From: Eubacteriales bacterium
GTDB lineage: Bacteria > Bacillota > Clostridia > Oscillospirales > CAG-272
Direction of reading: 5' to 3'
Assembly (NCBI GenBank): GCA_045545665.1
Contig: JAZQBL010000039.1
Span: 4,149-68,148, forward strand
DNA: 64,000 nucleotides
Positions within the stretch are counted from its first letter, which is position 1, and the number at the start of each line of letters is the position of its first letter. Made by a program: the position numbers and the translations under genes. Shown here in pieces: positions 46,733 through 56,789 of this stretch. The notes beneath the pieces are model-generated. The model was not told where the DNA came from. It was given only the letters and a program-made list of their open reading frames with translations, and did no database searches.

Positions 46733-47376
46733 ATTTCGAACCTGTAACCCGTTTTGTATACCGTTTTTATTCTGTTGGCAGCATCAAGCTTTTGGCGAAG
46801 TCTTTGTATGTGAACATCAACGGTACGGGTATCTCCTTCATAATCAAATTCCCAAACGAGACGCAACAGTTTTTCGCGTGATAAAGCGAGGTTTCGGTTG
46901 TTTACCAACACCTCAAGCAGATCAAATTCACGCGGTTTGAGAGATATCTCCTCACCGTTTTTATAGACCTTGCGGCTGTTAAACTCAACACGGACGTCAT
47001 CAAACTCGAAAAAGTCTGTATCGCGTTTCGTTCTGCGGAGTACGGCTTTTACTCTTTCGACGAGTTCAAGAATATCAAACGGCTTCGTTATATAGTCGTC
47101 TGCACCGAGGCGCAAGCCTTTTATTCTGTCGTTCGATGAAGAACGTGCGGTAAGAAAAATAACCGGTGTTTCCTCTATGTATTCCATTATTTCAAAGCCC
47201 GAATATTTCGGAAGCATTACATCAAGTATAATAAGATCGTATTTTAATTTCAGAGCTTCGGTGAGTCCTTCTTCACCATCAAACACCTGAAAGCACTCGT
47301 GACCGACCAATTCAAGATTAAATCTTACAAGGTCGTTTATTGCCTTTTCGTCTTCGACGATCAGTATTTTAGCCAT
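46729..47376 (-). CDS. OmpR-family response regulator
   Basis: Start set to MAKILIVEDE behind GGAGGGGG. Receiver motifs DLIILDVMLP and winged-helix C-terminus ..TVYKTGYRFE. Stop overlaps the kinase start. Confidence 0.9.
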   Translation of the reverse strand: MAKILIVEDEKAINDLVRFNLELVGHECFQVFDGEEGLTEALKLKYDLIILDVMLPKYSGFEIMEYIEETPVIFLTARSSSNDRIKGLRLGADDYITKPFDILELVERVKAVLRRTKRDTDFFEFDDVRVEFNSRKVYKNGEEISLKPREFDLLEVLVNNRNLALSREKLLRLVWEFDYEGDTRTVDVHIQRLRQKLDAANRIKTVYKTGYRFEI

Positions 47377-47497
47377 GTTCCCCCTCCGTTTATCCTTTCT
47401 ACAATTATACTTTACCACACTTTTGTTTCCAACTTGTTTCCGAATAAAAATTATCGTTTTATACCGATAATATTTTAACCGTTCCCGATGATTTTTA

Positions 47498-47532
47498 ATA
47501 AAAATCAAGGTCCTCTCCTCGAAGACCTTGAT
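47498..47532 (-). terminator. Rho-independent terminator after the radical SAM gene
   Basis: Minus strand AAAAATCAAGGTCTTCGAGGAGAGGACCTTGATTTTTATT. Confidence 0.6.
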
Positions 47533-47539
47533 TTTTCAG

Positions 47540-48508
47540 TTAAACAATATTATATCTTGCCCCTTGATATGAATTACGGCGGAAAAATTCTTTGTCGATC
47601 TCATTTATAACACACGTTTTTTTAATACTCCAGAGGGGTGCTATAAGTGAATTTTTATCTCCGTCGCCCGTAACTCTTGCTATTACCGTTTCCTTTGGTA
47701 AAACTTCAATTTGTGATACGGTGATACCCACATACTGCTGTAAAGTAAGCATTTCAAATTTACCGTCGTTATACATTTTTTCAAGCGGTGTGTCTTTTAA
47801 AACGTGCAAAGAATGTATTTTTACGAACTCGGGTGTCAAAGAGGAAACAAATTCTGCTGTCTTTATCATCATATTTTCATCTTCATACGGCAAGCCGTTT
47901 ATAATATGAACGCACAAATTTATTTTCTCACTTACGTTTCGCAGTTTTTCATATCCTTTGATAAAATCATCTGTTGTGTGACAGCGGTTTATAAGCTTTG
48001 CAGTCGTATCGTGCACGGTTTGCAGACCGAGTTCGACAGTAAGCGTTGTTTTTTCCGCAAATTCCGCAAGATACTCACAAACGTCATCGGGCAGTGCATC
48101 TGCCCTCGTTGCAATATTGACACCGACAACGTCCGGATAATTCAAAGCCTCGCTGTATTTGTTTTTTAATACTTCAAGCGGTGCGTACGTATTCGTATGG
48201 GCTTGAAAGTACGGAATGATACCGCAGTTTTCCCATTTGTGCTCCATCACTTTCCGTGTTTTGTCAAGCTGTTCTGTAACCGAAAGATCAGCGCTTGCCG
48301 CAAAATCTCCCGATCCTCTGTCAGAGCAATATATGCATCCGCCGTATCCTTTTTTACCGTCTATATTCGGGCAGGTAAATCCGCAGTCAAGCGGTATTTT
48401 TGCACATTTTTTTCCGAATTTGTGTTTTATGTAATAATCGTACGTGTGATAGCGTTTATTGCTATCGGAATATATGAACGGGTTAGTATCTTTTTGTGTA
48501 GTTTTCAT
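47540..48508 (-). CDS. TIGR01212-family radical SAM protein
   Basis: CPNIDGKKGYGGCIYCS cluster motif. 322 aa. Confidence 0.85.
   Translation of the reverse strand: MKTTQKDTNPFIYSDSNKRYHTYDYYIKHKFGKKCAKIPLDCGFTCPNIDGKKGYGGCIYCSDRGSGDFAASADLSVTEQLDKTRKVMEHKWENCGIIPYFQAHTNTYAPLEVLKNKYSEALNYPDVVGVNIATRADALPDDVCEYLAEFAEKTTLTVELGLQTVHDTTAKLINRCHTTDDFIKGYEKLRNVSEKINLCVHIINGLPYEDENMMIKTAEFVSSLTPEFVKIHSLHVLKDTPLEKMYNDGKFEMLTLQQYVGITVSQIEVLPKETVIARVTGDGDKNSLIAPLWSIKKTCVINEIDKEFFRRNSYQGARYNIV
47563..47629 (-). repeat. source copy of the 66-nt segment duplicated at 13515-13580
   Basis: Lies inside the last ~30 codons of the radical SAM gene. Confidence 0.85.
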
Positions 48509-48617
48509 TTAAAATCCTATATAATTTAAAGTTTGTAAATAATAACTTAACCGATATATCGTTTTTAGGGTATATAATGGAAGGCAATGAAATTAATTTA
48601 AAGAAAGCGTGTTTACT

Positions 48618-49442
48618 ATGTCAAACGAACAATGCACACATGATTGTTCTTCGTGTTCCGCAAACTGCTCATCACGTGAAAAGCCGCAGTATGAGCCGCA
48701 GAACAAGCACTCTCATGTAAAAAAAGTAATCGGCGTTGTAAGTGGCAAAGGCGGTGTCGGTAAATCACTTGTCACATCAATGCTTGCTACCGTTATGCAG
48801 CGCAGAGGATTCCGCACGGCAATACTTGATGCGGATATCACAGGTCCGTCTATTCCGAAAGCGTTCGGTCTTCACGGAATATGTGACGGAGACGGAGAAA
48901 ACATCTTTCCCTTTGTTACAAAAATGGGAACGGAAGTTATGTCTGTAAATCTCCTTTTGGAGGACGAAAGAACACCTGTCATCTGGAGAGGTCCCGTAAT
49001 TGCGGGAACTGTTAAGCAGTTCTGGACAGATGTACTCTGGGGCGAGGTAGACTTTATGTTTGTCGATATGCCTCCGGGCACAGGTGACGTACCGCTTACG
49101 GTATTCCAGTCGCTCCCTGTTGACGGTATAATAATCGTAACGTCTCCGCAGGAGCTTGTTTCTGTAATCGTCGGAAAAGCAGCCACCATGGCAAAGATGA
49201 TGAATATTCCGATAATCGGTCTTGTTGAAAACTTCAGTTATCTCAAGTGTCCCGACTGCGGAAAGGAGATCGAGATCTACGGAAAGAGCCGTGTTGACGA
49301 AGAAGCCGCCGCTTTAGGCGTTCCCACACTTGCAAAAATACCGATAGATCCCTCTTTTGCAAAGCTCTGTGATATAGGAGCTATCGAGCTTTTTGAAGGC
49401 GATTACATGGAAAAAGCCGCCGATCTTATAGAGAAAATATAA
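48618..49442 (+). CDS. Mrp/NBP35-family Fe-S cluster carrier ATPase
   Basis: Deviant Walker A GVVSGKGGVGKS, the C..C pair LKCPDCG, and a Cys-rich N-terminus CTHDCSSCSANC. Confidence 0.85.
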   Translation: MSNEQCTHDCSSCSANCSSREKPQYEPQNKHSHVKKVIGVVSGKGGVGKSLVTSMLATVMQRRGFRTAILDADITGPSIPKAFGLHGICDGDGENIFPFVTKMGTEVMSVNLLLEDERTPVIWRGPVIAGTVKQFWTDVLWGEVDFMFVDMPPGTGDVPLTVFQSLPVDGIIIVTSPQELVSVIVGKAATMAKMMNIPIIGLVENFSYLKCPDCGKEIEIYGKSRVDEEAAALGVPTLAKIPIDPSFAKLCDIGAIELFEGDYMEKAADLIEKI

Positions 49443-49444
49443 TC

Positions 49445-49472
49445 ATTACGGAACGGTCGCCCGTTCCGTAAT
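49445..49472. terminator. bidirectional terminator hairpin
   Basis: ATTACGGAACGG / CCGTTCCGTAAT stem followed by TTTTATTTTTT. Confidence 0.65.
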
Positions 49473-49473
49473 T

Positions 49474-50247
49474 TTATTTTTTCATTTTTTCCTTAAGTGC
49501 ATCTATCCGTTTGTCCCCGAATATTTTTCTGACAATTCTATTGGGAAGATACCTGAGTTTTTCAAGTGTCCTATACCATTTTGTTTGATGTCTCTTAAGC
49601 CGTGCAAAATCCTTCAGAGCTTTTTCAGTTCTCCACGTAGATGTAAAATGATGGATCGTATAAGTATTTTCTGTTATTTTTTGTTCAATACTGATGACCG
49701 ACAACGGACAAAAATATGTTTGAGGATATATTGTAATACCATCAAGTTTTTGCAAAGTATCATCCATTATCAATCCATGAGAAACAAGATCTTTTTTCAT
49801 AAAAGCCACATTTGGCTCCATGCATATTTCGCCATCAACAATATATGCTCTATCTGCATAATAATCAAGCCAACGTCTGATAACTGCATTTCCTTTTTCG
49901 GAAGCTATTATTCCAGTTGGAACAGAATCGATGCTTTCAAAACCTGAAAAAGCCTCGTTTTCTAAAAATACATCTATCGGTTTTGTCACTTCCACGTCCG
50001 TGTCCATATACACTCCGCCTTGTTCGTAAAGAACCTTAAGTCTTACGTAGTCAGAAACAAAGGCATATTTTTTCGCTTCGTACGCCTGCTTCGTCCAGAG
50101 AGTTGAATTTACATCAAAATTATCTTCATTCCATTCGATGATCTCATAATCCGGACAATACTTTTTCCAACTTTTAAGACACTTTTTCATAAGGTGTTTC
50201 ATTTCCCCTTTGCCAAACCAACAGTAGTGTATCTTTTTTTCAATCAT
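49474..50247 (-). CDS. GT32-like glycosyltransferase (DXD sugar transferase)
   Basis: IHYCWFGKGEM, FVSDYVRLKVLYEQGGVYMDTDVEV. Confidence 0.75.
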   Translation of the reverse strand: MIEKKIHYCWFGKGEMKHLMKKCLKSWKKYCPDYEIIEWNEDNFDVNSTLWTKQAYEAKKYAFVSDYVRLKVLYEQGGVYMDTDVEVTKPIDVFLENEAFSGFESIDSVPTGIIASEKGNAVIRRWLDYYADRAYIVDGEICMEPNVAFMKKDLVSHGLIMDDTLQKLDGITIYPQTYFCPLSVISIEQKITENTYTIHHFTSTWRTEKALKDFARLKRHQTKWYRTLEKLRYLPNRIVRKIFGDKRIDALKEKMKK

Positions 50248-50257
50248 TTTTACATCC

Positions 50258-51256
50258 TCATCTTTTCAGAATTTTCTTTATTGCTCTTTTCAATCTGTAT
50301 TTTCTCATATAAGCTATCGAAACCAAGGATGAATTCTCAAATACTTTCTTTTGCTCTTTTTTAGTGAACTTTTCAGCGGATGAAACAAGTACACTTATGA
50401 GATCGTAGTCTAAAAGCTCTGCATCATATACGGAAGTTTTTCTGTTTACCTCTGAAATTTTGCAAAAAGCCGAATGGAGAGTCACAAATGCATCAAGATC
50501 ATAGTTTCTTTCTCCTATACAAAAGTCAATATACGATGACAGCTCGTCCTCACTAAGGTCGGCGTTGAGTTCTTTTATCTGACGTTTTTTCAAATTTTTC
50601 AAGCTTTCGATAACACGTGCAGGGGGTTTTCTTGAGACTTGATTATCGTGTACTCTGTATTTAAAAAGCACGTCGTTTATTGATGCGATATCGTATTTTG
50701 CAGACACTCTGCACCACAGCTCATAGTCCTCAACTCCGTTGTAATCGGGGTCGTACCCGCCAACGTCCTTTATTGCGGATGTACGCATCATCACCGTCGG
50801 GTGTGCTATAGCACAGCTGAAAAACAGGTCTTTTTTTATTTTGGCAGGCTCGCTGTTTGACCATCCTGTTTCGGAAATAATTTTATCACCGCAAAAAGTC
50901 TGAACGCCACAAGAAACGACTGCAGTATTTTTATTTTCTTCAAGATACTTTAATTGCTTTTCAAAGCGTTCGGGAAGTGATATATCGTCGGAATCCATTC
51001 GGGCGATATACTCGCCTTTGCAAATCGAAAGTCCTCTGTTAAGTGTTTTTGCAACGCCGAGATTCTGCTCGTTTTTAATAAATACAATTCTTTTATCGTC
51101 GTATCCTTCTATGATCTTTACGGATGAATCGCTCGAACAGTCATCAATAATTATAAATTCAAAATCGGTATATGTTTGTGACAGGATGCTGTCAGTTGCC
51201 TCTTTCAAGTACTTTTCACTGTTATATACCGGCATAACGACACTTATTTTAGGCAT
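50258..51256 (-). CDS. family 2 glycosyltransferase
   Basis: ISVVMPVYNSEKYLKEATDSILSQTYTDFEFIIIDDCSSD, and DSDD. Confidence 0.85.
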   Translation of the reverse strand: MPKISVVMPVYNSEKYLKEATDSILSQTYTDFEFIIIDDCSSDSSVKIIEGYDDKRIVFIKNEQNLGVAKTLNRGLSICKGEYIARMDSDDISLPERFEKQLKYLEENKNTAVVSCGVQTFCGDKIISETGWSNSEPAKIKKDLFFSCAIAHPTVMMRTSAIKDVGGYDPDYNGVEDYELWCRVSAKYDIASINDVLFKYRVHDNQVSRKPPARVIESLKNLKKRQIKELNADLSEDELSSYIDFCIGERNYDLDAFVTLHSAFCKISEVNRKTSVYDAELLDYDLISVLVSSAEKFTKKEQKKVFENSSLVSIAYMRKYRLKRAIKKILKR

Positions 51257-52241
51257 TTTCTACCTCACTTATTATATGAGCGTAAATTGTTTTTTCGCCG
51301 TTTTCTGTTATTTCTTTTAAATTACCTTTGTATGACAGCTTAAAAAACGAGGATTTTTTTTGTATATTCTGATATTCTTCTTCATCGTACGGAGTATTTA
51401 ACTTCTGCATAAGATGCCACATTTCCTTATTGTTTGGCTCAACGCTGTCAATGAGAGCTTTTATTTTTTCAACGCCCGTGTAACCGCTTCTTATCATATA
51501 GTCTATTATTATATAATCAAGAAGCATATCGTGTTTCCCCCACCATACCAACAACGCTTCGTACACATATCCGAAAAGAACATTGTCTTTTTTACCGCTG
51601 AAAAAGAAGTTGCACCATTTTCCCATACAAGCCTCGTGCGGGCACTCGTTCGGGGTCGAGAATCTTTGAGTAAAATAATCCCTATTAAGAAAATCAAATT
51701 TGAAATCATCCGATAAAAATACCGTACTGTCTATCCACATTCCGCCATATGTAGTCACCAACGCGTAACGAAGTATATCCGTAAAATGCACAAGGGTGAT
51801 CTTACCGTTTTCAAATTTCTCAATGATATATTCCGGTATCGTTACGTATTTGTCATAGTTGTCCTCGGTTATAATATGGCAATGCGCTATATCCTGTGGA
51901 ATTTTACTTTTTATCCTTTTAACACATGCAGCGACTATCTGGGGCATTTTTTCTTCGCCCTGCCACCAACAGACAAAAACGGGTATCTTTCCGTTCATAT
52001 CAATTTTTTCTTTTGGATTTTCAAAAACGTATCCGTTTTTATATTTTTCCGTAAGCATTGACAATTCCTTGTCCATATAAGAAGACAGAGCCTTCATATA
52101 GCTTTCCGTCTTAGGTCTCGGAAAAATGAAATCTATCGCTCTGAAGACAGCTATTTTAAATCCAAATTCTTTGACATCCGGAAAAAACATTCCGCATTCT
52201 TTAAAAAATCTCTGAAATAAATGTTTGATCTTTGACATCAT
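51249..52241 (-). CDS. capsular polysaccharide synthesis protein (Caps_synth / GT32-like)
   Basis: IPVFVCWWQGEEKMP, FTDILRYALVTTYGGMWIDSTVF. Start set to MMSKIK, 3 nt after the upstream stop and behind AGAGG. Confidence 0.7.
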   Translation of the reverse strand: MMSKIKHLFQRFFKECGMFFPDVKEFGFKIAVFRAIDFIFPRPKTESYMKALSSYMDKELSMLTEKYKNGYVFENPKEKIDMNGKIPVFVCWWQGEEKMPQIVAACVKRIKSKIPQDIAHCHIITEDNYDKYVTIPEYIIEKFENGKITLVHFTDILRYALVTTYGGMWIDSTVFLSDDFKFDFLNRDYFTQRFSTPNECPHEACMGKWCNFFFSGKKDNVLFGYVYEALLVWWGKHDMLLDYIIIDYMIRSGYTGVEKIKALIDSVEPNNKEMWHLMQKLNTPYDEEEYQNIQKKSSFFKLSYKGNLKEITENGEKTIYAHIISEVENA

Positions 52242-52243
52242 AT

Positions 52244-53239
52244 TCAACCTCTGTAAAGCGGGATTTTGAACAGTTTCCAGCCCATCAAACGCATATATTT
52301 CCACATGTCTACGGAGAGATACATAATGTAATATTCAAATTTTTTAAAGAAATTTTTCTCCGTCGGAAGCCACATATCTTTTATTAATATCTTTGAATAT
52401 TTTTTCAGTTCTTTTTTCAACTCCTCGGGATCCTGACTGTTTTTACATCCCAAAATAAAATCAAGGAAAAAATATTTTGTTTGCAATGCAAAGCGTTCAC
52501 AAACATTCCCGATATTTTTTTGCATTTTCAACTTCATAAAGACTGTGTGTCTTTCTTTCATATCATCAATATTCGAAAGTTTCAAAAGACTCATTGCGCT
52601 TCCCGGATTGCTTCTGTAACAATATAAAGGTACATTCTTTATTCCCGCCACGCTGACACCGAGAAAAAGCACCTCAAACATAGTTCTTAAATCTTCCGCT
52701 CTCGTAGCTTTTGGAAATCTTATGTTTTTAAACAGTTCCGCTTTAAATATCTTATTCCAGACGTTCGGAAGCATCCATGCAGAAAAGAAATTTTTCAAAG
52801 ATTCGTCTTTTCCAAAGACACACGTCTCACTGGCGTAATCGTAAGTTTTATATATGTCTATTTCTTCCATATTTAAAAAAGTAAGAAAACAACAATATGA
52901 AAGATCGACTTTATTTGATACACAAAGATCTAGCAGATATTCAACAAAGTGAACGTTTATTACATCATCACTGTCGATAAAAGTAACATAATCACCGGTC
53001 ATTACGTCAAGTGCGATATTTCTGGCAGCTGATACGCCGCCGTTTTCTTTATGTATAACTTTAATTCTGCTGTCTTTTTCAGCATAGCTGTCACATATAT
53101 CGGGAGATGAATCCGTACTTCCGTCATCGACGAGTATTATTTCAAGTTCTTTATGCGTTTGTGCCAATATGCTTTCTATACGCTCGGACAGATATTTTTC
53201 GACGTTGTAAACAGGAACGATCACAGTTACTTTATACAT
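52244..53239 (-). CDS. family 2 glycosyltransferase
   Basis: VTVIVPVYNVEKYLSERIESILAQTHKELEIILVDDGSTDSS, and DSDD. Confidence 0.85.
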   Translation of the reverse strand: MYKVTVIVPVYNVEKYLSERIESILAQTHKELEIILVDDGSTDSSPDICDSYAEKDSRIKVIHKENGGVSAARNIALDVMTGDYVTFIDSDDVINVHFVEYLLDLCVSNKVDLSYCCFLTFLNMEEIDIYKTYDYASETCVFGKDESLKNFFSAWMLPNVWNKIFKAELFKNIRFPKATRAEDLRTMFEVLFLGVSVAGIKNVPLYCYRSNPGSAMSLLKLSNIDDMKERHTVFMKLKMQKNIGNVCERFALQTKYFFLDFILGCKNSQDPEELKKELKKYSKILIKDMWLPTEKNFFKKFEYYIMYLSVDMWKYMRLMGWKLFKIPLYRG

Positions 53240-53242
53240 CTT

Positions 53243-53908
53243 TTATACCTCAGATATTATTTTATCGCACTCGTCGTAGAGGGCTTTTTCGGCATTTATT
53301 CCGTGAGATTTTGCGTATGACGTTACAGCATACAAAAGCTTACCGATATCATTTTCATCCGAAAGATTTTCTGCAAGTGCTTTGATATCGTCCTTTGTTG
53401 CATAGGGCGTAGAATGTTTATTGAGTTTTGATGATATTTTTTCTGCTCTGACGAGCGACGGAAGTGCTTTTGATATACCGTCAAGCGCTTCTTTTGCGCC
53501 GGTCTGCCCCTTTGTCTGCATTTTTATCGCATTCCAGTTTTTAAGGACTTCGTCTGTTGTATCGGCTTTGACGTCAGCAAATACGTGCGGGTGGCGGATT
53601 ATCAATTTTTTGCATATTCCGTTTAAAATATCATTTATCGTATATTTTCCGTCGTCCTCTCCTATCTGTGCGTGAAACACGACTTGAAGCAAGACGTCGC
53701 CGAGTTCTTCTTTCATAATTTCGTCGTCGTCACTGTCGATGCCTTCTATCGCTTCATAGACCTCCTCAATAAAATCCGCTCTTATTGATTTGTGTGTTTG
53801 CTCCATATCCCAAGGGCATCCGCCGGGAGAGCGTAATATTTTGAGTATTGCCAAGAGATCGTCAAAAGTATAGCTTTCTTTTTTCACAAGTTCTGTTTTT
53901 TTATCCAT
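53243..53908 (-). CDS. mazG: MazG-family nucleoside triphosphate pyrophosphohydrolase
   Basis: GGCPWDMEQTHKSI, EEVYEAIEGID, ELGDVLLQVVFHAQI, RHPHVF. Confidence 0.85.
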   Translation of the reverse strand: MDKKTELVKKESYTFDDLLAILKILRSPGGCPWDMEQTHKSIRADFIEEVYEAIEGIDSDDDEIMKEELGDVLLQVVFHAQIGEDDGKYTINDILNGICKKLIIRHPHVFADVKADTTDEVLKNWNAIKMQTKGQTGAKEALDGISKALPSLVRAEKISSKLNKHSTPYATKDDIKALAENLSDENDIGKLLYAVTSYAKSHGINAEKALYDECDKIISEV

Positions 53909-53918
53909 TTTAACCTCT

Positions 53919-55496
53919 TTATTTTACAAGCTTTATTTTTTTAAGTATTCCGTAGATCTTTTCACCCTTTGGCAGATAGAGTATATCGTCGCCGTTCACC
54001 GTACCGCTTATACAGATGGATACGGCATAAACTGCTGCTGCCGCCGCTATCGGTATAAATACTGCGATTTTTGTGTCAGGCATAAATCCGTTTACGGCAA
54101 ACGCGCATACACCGCACAAAAATGCACAAAATGCAGGCTTTACAAATACTCGGTAGAAATTCGGTACGACTCCTGTTTTTCTACACATAAATATAAAATT
54201 CAATATTATTATTACAAGGTAAGATAAACACGTACCGAGGGGAATACCGAATCGTCCTATTTTATCAACTCCTATAAGAGTATACGAAGCTATAAGTTTT
54301 ACAACGATTCCCGCCGTCATCGATATCATCGGAAGCTTTTCGTTTCCCGATGCCTGAAGAACGCTGTTCGTTATTCCGAGTATTGCACAGAAAAACACAG
54401 CAGGAGCAAGCATCGTAAGCATGGGGGACGCAAGCTGTGCGGAGCCTTCCGGGAACAGAAGCGACAGTATACTGTATGAAAGCACACCGAGACCGACTGA
54501 GCACGGCAGAGATATAACAGCTGTTGTTTTAACTGCTGAATTTATGAGCGCTTTTCCGCTTTTGCCGAGTGTAAGTGTTTCGGTAAGCTTCGGAACGACA
54601 GCATACGCTATCGGATACACGAGCACCGTCGGCATATTGAACAGCGACACGGCAAGTGTCGTATAATTACCGTATATTTCCGTTGCCTGCTCTGCGGAAT
54701 ATCCTATATCCTGCAGGCGGGATGAAGATATAACGGTATCAATTACGTTTATAAGCCCCATGACCGAAGAAGAAACGGTTATCGGAAAAGCTATTGAACA
54801 CAGCTTTTTAAAAACGGCGGCTCTTTTTATATCGCTTTGCTCTTTTGTTTTCGGTGAACGAAGTGCCTTTGCCGCAGTGCAGTATATCATAGATACGAAA
54901 GTACCGAGTGTCACACCGCTTATTGCGTACGCCGCCGTAACGTATACGGGATACCCTTTTGAAACGGAATACGTCGCAAGAAGAAGACCAAAGGTCATTT
55001 TTCCGAGTGACTCCGTAACCTGCGAGACAGCCGTCACCGTCATTATTCCGAGTCCTTGAAAATATCCTCTTACAGATGACGATATACAGATGAACAACAG
55101 CGTCGGAGAAATTGCAAGCGCACATAAATATGCGTTTTCAACTTCTACAAATTCGGCGATATCACGTGCGAAGACCATCATAAAAAGGCATCCGAGTATT
55201 CCTATTACGGAAAATATAGCAAGTGCCGTTTTAAAAACAGTCTTTGTATTTGCTATATTTCCTTTTGCGTTTTCACGGCTTATCAAGACGGAAAGCGCCA
55301 CCGGAAAGCCTGCGGTTGAAACGAGGTACAGCCAGGAATATATGTTATAAGCCACGTTGAAATACCCCATACCTTCATCTCCTATGAGTCTTTGTATAGG
55401 TATTTTGAAAACGAGACCTATCACTTTTACAAGCAGATTTGCACACGTCAGCACGACAACGCCGTACGCCAACGTATTTTTTGTTTTATTTTTCAA
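53919..55496 (-). CDS. MOP-superfamily polysaccharide/peptidoglycan-precursor flippase (SpoVB/MurJ-like)
   Basis: 525 aa, about 14 TM. GDEGMGYFNVAYNIY N-terminal motif. Located next to mazG as in other Firmicutes. Confidence 0.75.
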   Translation of the reverse strand: MKNKTKNTLAYGVVVLTCANLLVKVIGLVFKIPIQRLIGDEGMGYFNVAYNIYSWLYLVSTAGFPVALSVLISRENAKGNIANTKTVFKTALAIFSVIGILGCLFMMVFARDIAEFVEVENAYLCALAISPTLLFICISSSVRGYFQGLGIMTVTAVSQVTESLGKMTFGLLLATYSVSKGYPVYVTAAYAISGVTLGTFVSMIYCTAAKALRSPKTKEQSDIKRAAVFKKLCSIAFPITVSSSVMGLINVIDTVISSSRLQDIGYSAEQATEIYGNYTTLAVSLFNMPTVLVYPIAYAVVPKLTETLTLGKSGKALINSAVKTTAVISLPCSVGLGVLSYSILSLLFPEGSAQLASPMLTMLAPAVFFCAILGITNSVLQASGNEKLPMISMTAGIVVKLIASYTLIGVDKIGRFGIPLGTCLSYLVIIILNFIFMCRKTGVVPNFYRVFVKPAFCAFLCGVCAFAVNGFMPDTKIAVFIPIAAAAAVYAVSICISGTVNGDDILYLPKGEKIYGILKKIKLVK

Positions 55497-55511
55497 ACAA
55501 ACCTCCGAATA

Positions 55512-56789
55512 TCAGAATTTGAATTTTTTCATATCCGTGGAAAGTTTTTCGATATCTATTGTTTTAAATTCTCCGTTTTCGTAAAGAGTCTCACCGTCAC
55601 ATACCGTCATGACAACATCCGTCGGGTAAACCGTATATATCAGCGTATTGACAGGAGAAAATGAAGGTATATTATGCGCTTTCGTAACGTCGGCTATTGC
55701 AAAGTCAGCCTTATATCCTTCTTTGATACATCCGCAGTTTTCCCTTCCCTGCGCTTTTGCGCCGTTTACGGTCGCCATGGGAATTATTGATGAAACAGTC
55801 GGAAAATCGGCTTTATGCATCACACCTCTGTGAAGAAGTGCCGTCATATTCATTTCATTCAAAACCGCAAGCCGGTTATTTGATGCAGCACCGTCAGTTC
55901 CCAAAACCACGTTGACATTCGCATTCAGCATTTTTTCAAGCATCATAACACCCGAGCCAAGCTTCAGATTGCTTATGGGATTATGCGCTACCGATGCTCC
56001 GTGCCGTGCAAGGATATTTATATCTTCATCTTCAAGCCATACGCAGTGTGCGGCAAGTGTTCTGCTGTTGAGCACTCCCGTTTTTTCGAAGAATCGGCAC
56101 GGGGTCATCTTACGGCGTGCTTTTCCTTCTTCGTGTTCTTTTTTCGTTTCGGACAAATGGATATGGAAGCCGCAGTTGTACTTTTGTGCAAGCTTTGCCA
56201 TATACTCACACGTATGCTCTGTATTTGAATATTCAGCGTGAAGTGACATATCGACTTTGATCCTGCCGTCAAAACTGTTGTTATAATTTTCAAACAAATA
56301 AACGCTTTCGGCAATTCTCGAATCACTCAGGACGTCGGAATTTTCATCGAAAGAAACGACGCTTCTTGAAACGTTTGCCTTCATTTTACTTGAACCTATC
56401 GCCTCAGCTATTGCAGGACAAAAGAAATACATATCCGACATTGACACAGTTCCGCTTGCTATCATTTCGGCACACGACAAAAGCGCACCAACGCTCGCCG
56501 ACTCGTCACAAAGCTTATCCTCGGCGGGAAATATTGCCTCGTTTAACCATCTGTCAAGCGGAAGATCCTCTGCCATTCCTCTGAAGTGTGTCATCGGTGT
56601 GTGAGTATGACAGTTATAAAGTCCCGGAAACATTAATTTTCCGCAACCGTTTATTTTTCTGTCGTATGATCCTTCCGGGGCAGTGTTGCCAACGTACGTA
56701 AAAACACCGTTTTCGTACGATACGTACATATCATTTTTATACGATCCGTCTTCAAATACGACCGTTATTTTCTCAAAAAGTGTATTCAT
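55512..56789 (-). CDS. mtaD: amidohydrolase, 5'-methylthioadenosine/S-adenosylhomocysteine deaminase-like
   Basis: NCHTHTPMT metal motif, HLSETKKE, VAHNP, LGTDGAASNN. Confidence 0.75.
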   Translation of the reverse strand: MNTLFEKITVVFEDGSYKNDMYVSYENGVFTYVGNTAPEGSYDRKINGCGKLMFPGLYNCHTHTPMTHFRGMAEDLPLDRWLNEAIFPAEDKLCDESASVGALLSCAEMIASGTVSMSDMYFFCPAIAEAIGSSKMKANVSRSVVSFDENSDVLSDSRIAESVYLFENYNNSFDGRIKVDMSLHAEYSNTEHTCEYMAKLAQKYNCGFHIHLSETKKEHEEGKARRKMTPCRFFEKTGVLNSRTLAAHCVWLEDEDINILARHGASVAHNPISNLKLGSGVMMLEKMLNANVNVVLGTDGAASNNRLAVLNEMNMTALLHRGVMHKADFPTVSSIIPMATVNGAKAQGRENCGCIKEGYKADFAIADVTKAHNIPSFSPVNTLIYTVYPTDVVMTVCDGETLYENGEFKTIDIEKLSTDMKKFKF

